Assembly (NCBI GenBank): GCA_035221665.1
Contig: CM069157.1
Location: 6,386,001-6,450,000, forward strand
DNA from: Okamejei kenojei
Taxonomy: Eukaryota
Length of the DNA stretch: 64,000 nt
Direction: 5' to 3'
Below, piece after piece: positions 14,001-26,768 of the stretch. Each line of letters opens with the position of its first letter. The first letter of the stretch is position 1. The notes beneath the pieces were generated by a model. That model was not told the origin of the DNA. It worked only from the letters and a program-made list of their open reading frames with translations, and did no database searches. The translations under genes were made by a program, and so were the position numbers.

Positions 14001-17000
14001 CTTCAGATATAGCCTATTTGACACCTGAGACTACTCCAAGTCCACACACCACCTCAACTAAGATCAGAGTTTTAGTGGTGCATAGATAGAAAGTGTTCTA
14101 TTTGACACTAATGGTTTGGCAAACAAAGTGCAAGTATTCGACCAGCCTAACACTCAACACAACATCTACAAAAATATTATCCTCTTTCCATAGTCCATCA
14201 AATCTTCTCATCTGTTCTTTCCTCCCGGTTGCATTTTGGATACTTTACACCAGGGGTTGCGCAACCTACGGACCTCCGGGTCGAAAGCGCGGTCAAGCGG
14301 CCCGTTCAAGCCCCAAAACTCAACCAGGGAATCCCGCCACCGCGTAATCTTTTGTCTGTCACCCCATATTTCAATTCCGACCCCTCCCCGCCTGAGAGTA
14401 CTCTTCCCATCACTCTCAGTACCTCTAATCCCCCAGGGCACGAAGGGCTGTGACGACGCCCAGGCATCGGTGCGCGACTGCAAAGGACCGCAATTACGCT
14501 GGCTGCCTACCAATGCGGCTGAGCCGCCAAGCACTGCTGCACCGCGCCATCCTGCGACCAAAAGCCGCCGCCGGAGCCGCGCAGCGTCCCGCGTCATCTG
14601 GGCCTTCCACTGTTGGGACTCAAATGTGTTCTCTATGTGCTTTGTCTGGAACATGGCGTGTCAAATAACGCTTGGGATAGAGGTGAGTGACGGAGTGGTG
14701 TGCCGCTCTTAGGGGCGGATCCCTGCGTACACGGGGATAGGATTGAGCCCGCATTAACGACGTGTCGGAGGGACTGCATCGCGTTACACGCTATGCAGAA
14801 CAAGAGAGGGGTGCGGACGAAGGGGGCGACATGATTTTAAATATATTGTTTAATATTTTTAGTGAATAATGGCGTATTTATTAATAAACTAAGGAAATTT
14901 ATAATTCTTACATGGTTGGGTGGCGAGTATATTAATGGATTAAAGATAAGTTATAAATAATATAATAGATCAACTGTATGTTGATTTGTTTAAAGTTAAA
15001 GAGCTGGGGGGGATATGGAATTTTTAGTGGTTTATGTTTAGAAGTTTTTGGGTGAGTTAATTATAGTGTAAGTTTTGATATGAATAGATTACTGTGGATG
15101 TGTTATATTTAAGTTGATGTATTGTTAAGTGTTATAGGGTGGAGGTGTATGGGTGATTTAGATAGGGGTGTATAAGTGGGAATATGGGGTGGATGGGAGG
15201 TAATTTATTTGTTTGGTGAATGTGAGTGGGGTTATGAAAGAATTGATTATTGTGGGATTGGGATTGGGTGGGGGTTTAGTTATAAATATTATGGTTTGTG
15301 GGTGGTGGAGGGGTTGGGGGTGATGAAAAGTTTTAATGGAAAGGTGTATATAATTTAATGTATAATAAGGTGGTGGATGTGGGATTGTTGTTGGTGGGAG
15401 AATTTGAAAAATAGTGTTGGTGATATTTTTTCTGTTGGGTTTTTGGCTGCGTGGGGATTGTTGATAGGGGGAGGGATCGGTGGGTAGGAATAGGGGGTGA
15501 ATGAATTTATGGTCTAAAAACACGTATATAAGAGACAAGAAGGATAATTAAAAAGTATTAATTGGTAGAACGTGTGATATTGATAGGGATCGTATGACTG
15601 TGATGGAAATGCTGCGTTGAATAATGTCACAGAAATGCCATTAGGTTTAAGATGGCAGGATCAAGGAAACAATATGGGTATGGTAGAATATGAGAGAATA
15701 ACTGAATTCTAAGAAACAACCAAACAAAACAACATGCAGTGCTGAGGTTTCGACTATTCCTTCAATCTACTGTAAGCCGGAGCAGATTTGGATAAAATTT
15801 GCCATAAAAATGATGCATATATACATTTTCCAGAACCAACAAAGACAGATTCCTTTAAAACACTGTCCATACTGAAAAATTCCCCACAAACCAAACTATT
15901 GCATTATATCAACTTTGAATATTAACAAAAGTGAAACGATAAAGGCATTTTGCAAAGTTCAACTGTTTTGATCAAATAATAGCAACAAAATTTAGCACAT
16001 AAAAATTCTAGAGGTTTAAAATTCCATCTAATAGTCTACAAAGGCGAATCCTACACTGGGTTCACTTCTGGGTGGAGGGGGGGAGTGGTCAAGCCACAAA
16101 TTTTTATTAAGATGACATTCTAATTTTATATCCCCCTCATCTCCCTCTCCCTGTCGTGGCCAGACCATACGAAGCATTATTTCCATCAAGAAAATTGCAA
16201 TGTCTGTGGCTTGAAAGTCCATTAAACCTCAGCACATTATCATCAAACAAACAGAGATTTATCGTTAGGCCGTCCAGTAAAAGCTTTATCACAACTAAAG
16301 CAAGCAGGACATTCATAACTACGTCAACATTAGAAATGACCAAAACCACCTCTAGTGCATTGTCATTAGCCATTAACCATTGTCATTAACCATTTAGTGG
16401 TTACACTAAAAATAAACATTTGAAAGTATTAACCATTTGACTGAGTAAAGTGTGGAGCATTTTTTCTCCTTCTAGTCTCCCCCACAATAATCATATATGT
16501 TCATGTTTAGAATTATAGATTCTGACAGGCACATTCTACTTGCAGAATATTTATATTACTCTCAGTATTACACAGTTCTCCCCAAATATAAGGTTGATGT
16601 GGGGCTGTTATTGGTATAATACTTAGTAACCCGTCCCCTCATTTCCTCCTCTGCTGGCCCAGAATCAAACTTTGTTTTTAATCCTGCTTGTTTTCCTTTT
16701 CTCAGAGCAGGGTGAAGTTTATAATTCACATAACATACCTCAACTAAGGAACTGCACTGTAACACATACGCAGAGCATTACCTTGTATGCTTACCTATCG
16801 TTGTGGCCTCAGCCGACGACACTTAGAGCAGAGCTGGAGGGTATAAACCCTACGGAATAACGCCACCTTATCGAAATAAAAAAAACCCGTCAACCGCACC
16901 TATCTATTTTGCCGATCGCTGCGATGGGACCGCAATACTGCGTGGCCCATGCTTGCACCTCCTGCTGAACAGGCTCCTGCTGACTCACAAGCCAGCCTTA

Positions 17001-17169
17001 CAGAGCTTAAATCTCGCTGGAAGTTTTAAAAACTTACCTGCGAGGTTTCTTACTTACCACTGGTGGAGCTCTGCGCTCTCCAGTCCATTCAATGCGACAT
17101 TGCAAATCGACATAATGACGCGCATGCGCCTGGCCGGGCTTCTTCACATAGTCACTCACGTGACTCCGA

Positions 17170-17680
17170 AGTAAAATAGGTGCAGGAGTAGGCCCTTTGG
17201 CACTTCGAGCTTGCACTGCCATTCAATATGATCATGGCTGATCATCCAAATCAGTATCCCCCATACCTGTCTATCTCTTCTCCATACGCCCTGATCTCCC
17301 CTTAGCCACATGGGGCCATATCTAACTCCCTCTTAAATATAGCCAATGAACTGCCTCAACAAACTCTACCTTCAGTGCAGATAATTCCCACAGATTCAGC
17401 CAGTCTCGCTGTGTAGAAAAAATGTATTTCCACATCTAAAAGACTTCCCCCATATCCTTAAAATTATGACCCCTTGTTCTGGACTTCCCCAACATCGGGA
17501 ACAATCTTCCTGCATCTAGCCTGTCCAACCCCTTAAGAATTTAGTAAGTTTCTATAAAATCCCCCCTCAATCTTCTAAATTCTAATGAGTACATGCCAAG
17601 TCTATCCAGTCTTTCTTCATATGAAAGTCTTGACATCCCAGGAATCAGTCTGGTGAACCTTCTCTGTACTCCCTTATGCA
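17170..17680 (-). mobile_element. CR1-type LINE 3' fragment, left part insertion-corrupted
   Basis: Same family as 26268 and 29232; extra bases are frequent up to about 17460 and the copy is clean afterwards. Confidence 0.75.
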
Positions 17681-20600
17681 AGTTAATATAATGAAGGAGA
17701 GCATTTTCTTTATTCAAATATTTTATTAAGCACTTAAACTGATCCCATCTGAAGCTTCATTAAAGAATTAAACTAACTCAAACCAGGACTGCATTAGGAC
17801 ACAGTTGGATCCCTGAACTAGATAGTGACAAATGACTGTGAAAAATGCACAGATTGTTAAGAAAAATGTGTTCCCTCATTAGCTAGCTTGCACTATGAGC
17901 ATTGCTACTCATGGTAAATTGTATCATCAGATGAATAGCTCCCGGAGGTTTGTCATTATTGAAAATACTGGTTATTGAATTTGCATTCAACAAACCAGGC
18001 ACAGATAAAGAGATACCAGATGAATTGCTCAAAATGTATTACCGCATCGACAAAACTGCAGCGAATAAATTCAAATATCTGAAAATAGACAAGGAACATA
18101 AATACCAGAATCCATGCCATTTTCCATGTTTGGGAAACCCCTACCCCTTCACAATCATCGACATTCCACAGTGAAAGTAATATTTTAGACCACAAGTCAC
18201 AGGAAAGGAATTTGGCCATTCGGCATGTCAAGTCGGCTTTACAGGAAGAAGCCTGTAGAACATTACAAATGCATCCCAAAACAACCTTTCTTGATCTTTG
18301 TGTGAAGAATGAATGCACATGGCACATGACAGGGGGATCCTTTATAGACAGGTTTAAACATCTTTCCCCCATAACTGTAACAGGTGGGAGGGGTCAAGCT
18401 TTTTTACACAAGATCATTTAAATAAAATATCCGAAGTAGCATTATCAAACATAACCTGACATAATAGTACAGAGTTGAACAGTAAATAGCCAAAGATATG
18501 GAAGGTGAAAATGAAAAAAAAATTGCAAATATTAGAAATCTATAATTCTAGATTCTGGATGTTACAAAACCTACCTTCAGCGGCGCTGCAGTTCTGCCAC
18601 TGGCCATGTGCACAACTTTGGTGCCTGTGGGGATGGGTGGGGGGGGGGGGGGGGGGGGGGCGGGGGGGAGATTAAAATGCAGTTTTGTACTGCTTGTCGG
18701 AGAGGGATTTACTCGGGCTGCTAGCTGATGAAGAAAAATCGATCGGACTTCCGTTCCTGGTTTGTTCGTGTTCTTTTTTAAATAGCTGGACAATTTAATA
18801 ATTGGATTCAAATAAAAAGAGACTTCGAATGCCCTCAACATGACGGATCGTAATGACAGGACAAAACAAAGGGCAAGTTGTTTATTTTACGTATAATCTT
18901 GCTTCTTGGGATGGCTTTAATCTATTTTACGTTGAGAAAATGTTATTTGGGCCCCATACGAACCGGCAGTGTCTTTCCTGCCAATATGGGGTTCAAATAC
19001 ACCACAACCGCAACGTTCCAATCGATCGCGTTCCAGAAACACCCACTCGCAAGATGATTTAAATGCTCTTTGTTTTGGACAATCATGTCATAAGAGCATC
19101 TAAATCATCTATATTTTGTGTTATTGTCTATCCATAGTCAATATTTTTATACTAAATATACACAACAGTTTTAGCCACATGTATTGTGCAAAAAATAATA
19201 GTTTTGATTATATTGAGTGGATGTTTCTAGATTAATTTATGGGAATTAAACATTAAATTCCTTCCATCTGGCATATAGATTCATGTCAGTGAGATTTAAA
19301 AATCATGTTATGTTGTGAAATCTTGCGTGAACGGGATTCGTTTGTTATTTGGATACTTAGGCTATTTTTAAAAATTATACTTTTCTTAAGAAATGGAATC
19401 TACAGGACATTCTTAATGGGAAAGTAGTGGGCAGAAAGGCATGTCATGCGTGGTTTGAAGAGCAAAAACTTGTAGTTTACAATGCCAAAATTATAAAGTT
19501 GAGGAAAAACAAGGTGTACAGAGTTGCTTATTGGTTACAATCTGAGGAGTATGATGATGCTACTGATTATGATATGCCAATGTACCAGCTAGCAACTGAT
19601 CTTCTCCATAAAAACATGGTCTATTGCTAGAAATTGTAATTTATTTACCTCGTTACGGACTTGCAGCATATAATACAATAATATTAAAGTTCTGATCTTG
19701 AGAACATCACATTTTTAAGGCAGTCGGGGTGTTTATTACTATTTCTGTCACAGCGGTCAATTTTGTAATTAGCTACAATTAGGTAATTAACTAATTATAT
19801 GCTTTAATTTCAGGTCATCCAAGTAAGATGTTTTATATTTGTTTCAGAATGCTTCAATCTATAATAACTGAATTTTTCATTCAGTTCTCTTAATTTTTAA
19901 GAAAGTTATGGGCTTTTGACTGTCCTTGATCACAGCTTTTGTGTTAAGTCAATGGAAAAGCAAGAGGGAACAAGATGCTAATTTCCAAGTATGAAAATGG
20001 CCATAACTTTAATAGTGAAGATATGAAAATGAGCTAGGTGTCAAATTAAACTTATTTTTGTGCTTTATCTGATGGGATAAATTGCAGACTTGATTTTGTA
20101 ACATTGCTAAATAAAGTCGCTGGAAATATCAGCAGCAATGGAAAGGGAGAAATGCTTAATGTTTTGGATTGAAGACTTAGTCAGAAATGGGAGATAGTTA
20201 TTAAAAATGGAACAAGAGGAAAGATAGCTGGATAACTGGGAAAGTCAGGAAACAAGTTTGAAGACAAAAGCAGACACTGAGCTGTGACAGAATTAGAGAT
20301 GCGTAGAGATGTGAGGTTTGTACGTCAAAAGTCGGGCAAACAAGAACAAGACACAGAGCTACTGAGCCAACTGGACCCTAGTCCAATTAGAAAAGTCCCA
20401 AGGATTTAAATGGCACCAGATCCAGTTGAAAAGGCAGTCAGGTGACCATTACAACAAAATGTATCAAAGCAATGAAAGGTTATTTTGTGGAGAAGTAAGT
20501 AGAAGGCTATGCAGAAAATAGTGTGTGAATTTCAGCTTGAAAGCAAACAGAATGGTGCATATAACTGCAAAAACCACGAACTGTTCCAGGTAGTTGAAAA

Positions 20601-21384
20601 GATAATGGCATCAGTGACCATAAAACAACACTTATGGGAACAATAACAGAAAACAATTTTGTTCTGTCCAACATGCTAATGAACCAAATTACTGCTCATC
20701 TAAACCTGGATGTCAGAAGTGGTGCGTACAACAGATGCTAACCCCAAACGTTACCCATCCAAGTTCTCCAGCAATTTGTGTCTGTTTCCTTTTGTAAACC
20801 AGCATCTGCTGTTCCTCGTTTCTACAATACAATTGGCCAGACTGACACACAGATCAGATTCCTTGTATATTCTTCTGTATCACAGGAGGCAGCATACAAA
20901 TCAAATGCATTAAAGGAATGCTCCAATACAGGTAGTTCTGCAATAAAGCAATTGCTGTATTACTAAGAAACCTCATGTTATGGAAAATCATATTATAATG
21001 ATAACTGCGTAAATGAGTGGAAGGGGTTAGGAGTTTCAGAATCGCAATAACAATTCTTCCCCCCCCACTGGGCTTTCGAAAAAAGTCCTTTCAAGAACAA
21101 TGTTTATTTTTGTTTCCACAAGCAAAAAATACTAAAGATAACAAAACAGCCAGTGGCACAGCAGAAAATCAAACCTACAAGTCACAAATTACAAGATAGT
21201 CCACGTCACTAACAGCAATCCAACTGCAATTTCAGTTGATATAAGGAATTCAGGAGTAATAACAATTGTTCTCAATGATAATTGTATAGGACAATATTGT
21301 TTCGAGACTGAGAACTGACCAATATGCATTCCACAGAGGAGAGCAAAAGTTAGTGTCAACATGCGTCATTATTTTCCACCTTTA

Positions 21385-21507
<123 letters not shown>

Positions 21508-22552
21508 TCAGAAGATAGACTTAATGCATGACATTCTATAAATGTGCCAACTTTAACAAAAAACTGGCACCTTCGGTTAAAAGTAACAATTCTGCGTAAC
21601 AATACAATTGGCCAGTCTGGCACACAGATCAGATTCCTTGTATACACTTCAGTATCACTAAAAGCAACAGTAACTGAGAAAAGGGTTGTTTCAGTATTGA
21701 TCAACAGCCAGGGAAGATTCCACATGACACAAGGTCTCAAACCTACAGTTGGACGGAGGAGATACAACTTTCCTCTCCATGTAGCTGATCTGCTACTCAA
21801 GCTTTGATCATTTGTATTTTTCAATTTTGCACAATCCCTGGGAGATTATTTAGCCCCTGCATGTTTCCTCCCCACATCAGGCTTTGTCACAAAAGCCAGC
21901 AACACACAACATTCATGTAATTCTAATTTTGGAGCTGCAGCTTAGATAGCATATAAAGCAACAGGTAATCCTTCAGAGCTGTAAAGGCTTATTTCTGGTT
22001 TCATTCACAATGGAGGCACTCACAATAGACTACAGATGCTGGAATCTGGAGTAACAATGAATCTGGAGGAACTTAGCAGGTCAAGCAACATCTGGGATGG
22101 GGGAATAGAACAGTCCCAATCAAAACTCTGCACAAATGTCCATTACAATCCTCTCTCACCGTGCCACATACAAATCAAACGTTTGTGGTGAATTTCAAAG
22201 CAGAAGAAATAATTGACTGGTTCAGTTAGTCAAGAGGCAAGAGGACATTGAAGCTGGCTTGATAGGAACTTCCATTTATTCCATCTTTTTTCCAACGCCA
22301 GACATTCCCGAACAAAATGTATTCAAGGAAATACCTCTGAAGTATAGGCACGTTACTAAAGCAGGAAATGAATAGATCTCATACTGGCTAGGGCAAGAAT
22401 TGTATGCCAGTATATCTTGTCAGGAAAACAAAGGCAGTTCCTGAGGTAAACAGAGAACACAGTACCCAAGGTAATTCAATAGGGTGTACTTATTCACCGA
22501 ATCAGCACAAGGCAATTCTGATAATTTTGTTTTCATCAGTCTGGAAGGGAGT

Positions 22553-22822
22553 GTTTAGTTGAGTTTAGAGATACAGCGTGGAAACAGGCATTTTGGCCCA
22601 ACGAGCCCGCTCCAACCAATGATCAACAATACACTAGTTCTATCCTACACACTGGAGACAATTTACCGAAGACAATTAACTTACAAGCCTACACGTGTGG
22701 GATGTGGGAAGAAACCGGAACACTCAGAGAAAACCCACATACCACAGGGAGAACGTACAAACTCCGCACAGACAGCACCCGTGGTCAGGATTGAACCCAG
22801 GTCCCTGGCGCTGTATGGCAGC
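22553..22822 (-). mobile_element. tRNA-derived V-type SINE
   Basis: (GTTTA)n tail, gatacagcgtggaaacaggc 3' end and tRNA-like head at 22780-22822. Confidence 0.75.
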
Positions 22823-25800
22823 ATCTCTGATATACAGATGGTTGAAGTGGAAAGGGAAGGGAGACACAGGGAACTGCAGATGCTGGCTTAAAAAAAAGAA
22901 AGTGCTGGAGTAACTCAGCGGGTCAGCCTCTTTTGTAAACATGGATAGGTGACAGTTGTGATCTGGACACTTTCAGACTGATTGTGGTTGAAGAGGGGGC
23001 AGGAGTGGCGAGAAAGCCAGAAGAGAAGTGGGGGCAAGACAAAGCATGGCGAGTGCTAGGTGGATACAGGTGAGGAGGGGGGTTGATTGGCAGATGGTTT
23101 GAACAGGCCAGAGATGGAGGCAAAAAAGCGTAAGCTAAGCATAGAAGAGGTGCAAATTGTGAAGCAGGAATACAGGTGGATGAGGATGGAGGAGAAATTA
23201 GTTTGAATCCAGATGGGGCGCGGGGAAGAGGTGGAGTTTGGGGGGAGAAGGGGGATTGGATGTTGATCAGTTATGTAAAAGTAGTGAATTCAAATGTTCA
23301 TACCGTTGGGGATTTTTTTTTTTTGAAAGGGTTCTAAAGGTAGGGAAGTGGAATCAAGAGTAAGAGGAATAAGATCAGCTATGTTACTCAATGGCATTAC
23401 CAAATAAGGAGCTATGTGACCTGCTCCCATTGAATGTTGCTCACGCTATAGGAGACAAACACTGCGAATGCAATGATTCATTTGTCTCAATGAGATCATC
23501 TCTCATTCTTTGAAATTCCAGTGGGTAAGGAGTGCTTTATTGTCATACATCCTGAAACAGAATGAAATGTGTACTTATAAAGTCCACGGGTAATCTTTCC
23601 TCAAAAGACAATCCCTAACCCCAAGGATGAAATCCAACGTGCCAGTGTCTACTCCAAATGAGATCTCTCTCTATCCTTGGACACATTCGGTGAGTCAGTT
23701 CAGTTTGTCACGTGTACTGAGGCACAGTGAAAAGCTTCTTGTTGCCTGCTATCCAGTCAGCAGAAAGACAATACTCGGACCCTCACCACCTACCAATTTA
23801 CAGCCTTCCTTCACATCTTATTTTGCTTTGCATCTTCCTCACAGATCCCTTTCCCATCAGTTTTATCAACATTAATATAAAGATAGTGCACTTTGTCCAA
23901 GTCAAAGAAAATTCTAAACCATTGCGGAACAAGTGAAAGGCTCAATCTGAAAACAATCCTTTTAACTCTTTGGCCAATATTTTCATTCAAATGTTACCTC
24001 CACCCCAAGAACACTTACGTGTGTGGCACCTAATCAAATGGCCTTTCTAACGTGCTAGTTACGTCTCCAAAAAGCGCAAATATGGCAAACGTCATGAAAA
24101 CATGTTTACTCTGCCAAATCATATTGTGAATTTCAACTTGCAACATTTACAGCATCATTGATGGTGGATACCAGTATTTTGCCAACCGGAGATCAGACTT
24201 TGTCTGTAATATCCTATTCTTTTTCTTCCTAGAACATCGTATTTCCTACTTTCCAGTCCTTTATGGCAGCACCATAGAATATCGGAAGATCACCAATATA
24301 TCTAACCAAACACCAGAGAAGCAAGCTTCATATTCACCAAATTGCCTATTTTTTGTCTCCTTAACTTCTATAATACCTTCTTAATTACTTTAAGTTTCTC
24401 ACTGTCAAAATACTCTTGGTTCTCTTCCACTCACGGTGTCCTTTGAAAATAGACATTTTTTAAAATCCCTCAGCAATTTTTCATCCACCATAATTCTTCC
24501 TTATATTCATGAAGAGTTATAAAGCGACAACATTGTCCGAAGAATAAATCGAAAATGCTGGATGTTTAATGTTCCAGGTCAATAGTTGGCAATGTGCTTC
24601 TCTCTCCAAAATAATGTGCAGAATGCAAAAGCAGCTACTCAATGTCTCAGATAAAACCCATACTAATATCAGCCCCATTAAAAAATGGCTAAACCTTAAA
24701 CATCTGTAGTCGTAGTTTCTTATTCTGGGAAGACATGTTAGAATGGTAAATCTAACTAAACACAGCCACTTGACAATTTAATTCCATCCTTCTGACCACT
24801 CCACTATTGGTCTTCATCACTGTGAATTAAGTTCTCCACAACCTAGTGGACAAAACCTCATCTTTCAGAAATATACTTAGGGACTATTATCATATGGTGT
24901 CATACTTACAACTCACCTGCTCACAATCCATATCACTATTCCACAAGAAATAGAAACTATATAAAATTTGCAAAATATTCTCTACTTGAAGAACACACTG
25001 GTTCAAAACATAACTATATAGAAATGGTGCAGAGCGTTTGTCTTAATTCTCAGGGTGAGCGGGACTGTCAGTGTCACCAAGACGGCATTTGACTACTGTT
25101 TAAGGTACAATAATAACTAAGTCAACAAGCAAAACGCAAAACTTCAGTGGTTGGGAGTCGTATTTCACACAAAGGAAGATGACTGTTGGAGATTAATTAT
25201 CCTATCCCCAGAACGTCATTGCGCGAGTGCTTTAGGTTAGTAACTGCAGCGCTTCATCATCAAAGCAGGGCGAGGATGTCCACTGATAATCAGACAATCA
25301 ATTCCATTGCCTCCTCACCAAATGAAGCAGTCCAGGCTTGCAAATGATTGCAAGCTGCTTGCAACTACTCCAACTGCAGCTGAAATCCATGTCAGCTACC
25401 ATCAAGGACAGCAGTTGCATGACAACTCTACAACTTGAGAGGTTCCTCCAAGTCGCGCATTGTTCTGAATGCATCTCTGTTCCTTCATTGCTTCTGGGTC
25501 TGGCTCTAAATCCTGGAACACGAACCGACATCACTGCATGCATCTTTTGCATAAATCCAACAATTGAGACTACTTCATAATTCGCCCCAATCATTGATAT
25601 TCTTTAAATAGGTTTTAAATAATAAATTGTACATTGTAGTTTATTTCATTACTGTCACGTGTACAGAGGTACAGTGAAAAGCTTTTTAGTTGCATGCTAT
25701 CTAGTCAACGAGAAGACTATACATGCTTACAATCAAACTGTCCACTATAGAGATACAAAATAAGGGGTACATTATTTAGTGTAAGATAAGTCTGACTGAT

Positions 25801-26267
25801 TAAAGATAATTCAAAGGTCTCAAATGATGTGGACAGTTGGTCGGGACTCCGCTTCAGCTCTAGGTTCAGTTGCCAGATATTACTTGTGTGACAAATGCAA
25901 CAGATCCAAAAATTGAGAATTTTGTAATGTTATTGGAAAGCCAGTACTTTAGCCTTTACCACCAACTGCATTACAGTCACACTTACATCACTGTGATCAC
26001 ACTCAACAATTATAGAGATCTATGCATATATATCTGCCAAGAAATTAACAGCAGTGAATCACAGTACTTTGCCATTGCTAATGGCATTAATTTTGTTCTG
26101 TGAATTATCATTAAACAGAAAATAGAGTATATCAGGAGGTATGTGGGAGAGTTAGAAACAGAATGTTTCAGGAGAATAATGTTCAATTCTCATTAAAAGG
26201 TCATCAACTTGAAACAGGTTACTCTCCCCACAGATGCTACTTGATTTGCCGAGTGGTTCTAGCATTT

Positions 26268-26768
26268 ATAGAACATAGAAAATAGGTGCAAGAGGCCATT
26301 TGGCCCTTCAAGCCAGCAACACCATTCAATATGACCATGACTGATCATCCAAAATCAGTAACCCATTCCGGTTTTTTCCCCCATATCGTTTGATTCCCTT
26401 AGCCCGAAGAGCTAAATCTAACTCTTGAAAACAGCCTCCACTGCCTTCTGTGGCAGAGAATTCCACAGATTCACAACTCTCTGGGTGAAAACGTTTTTCC
26501 TCATGTCAGTCCTAAATGGCCTCCCCCCCTTATTCTTAAACTGTGACCCCTGGTTATGGAGTCCACCAACATCGGAAAATTTTCTGCATCTACCTTGTCC
26601 AATCCCTTAATAGGGTTTCTATAAGATCCCCTCTCATCCTTCTAAATTCCAGTGAATACAAGCCCAGTCGACCTATTCTTTCATCATGCGTCAGTCCAGC
26701 CATCCCGGGAATTAACCCGGTGAACCTACGCTGCACTCCCTCAATAGCAAGAATGTCCCTCCTCAAAT
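26268..26768 (-). mobile_element. CR1-type LINE 3' fragment
   Basis: catagaa tail repeats and ttccacagattcacaactctctgggtgaaa (FTQRVVNLWN); same family as 17170-17680 and 29232-29580. Confidence 0.8.

Noticed and set aside
12538-15538. Cluster of long GC-rich ORFs as novel genes
   Set aside because: They lie in the error-rich segment, have no coherent domains and are likely corrupted repeat sequence.
15600-17170. DIRS-like retrotransposon (terminus-like ttttacttcggagtcacgtgagtgac on the minus strand at about 17150-17176)
   Set aside because: Only a vague resemblance; no readable RT or tyrosine recombinase motifs in this noisy region.
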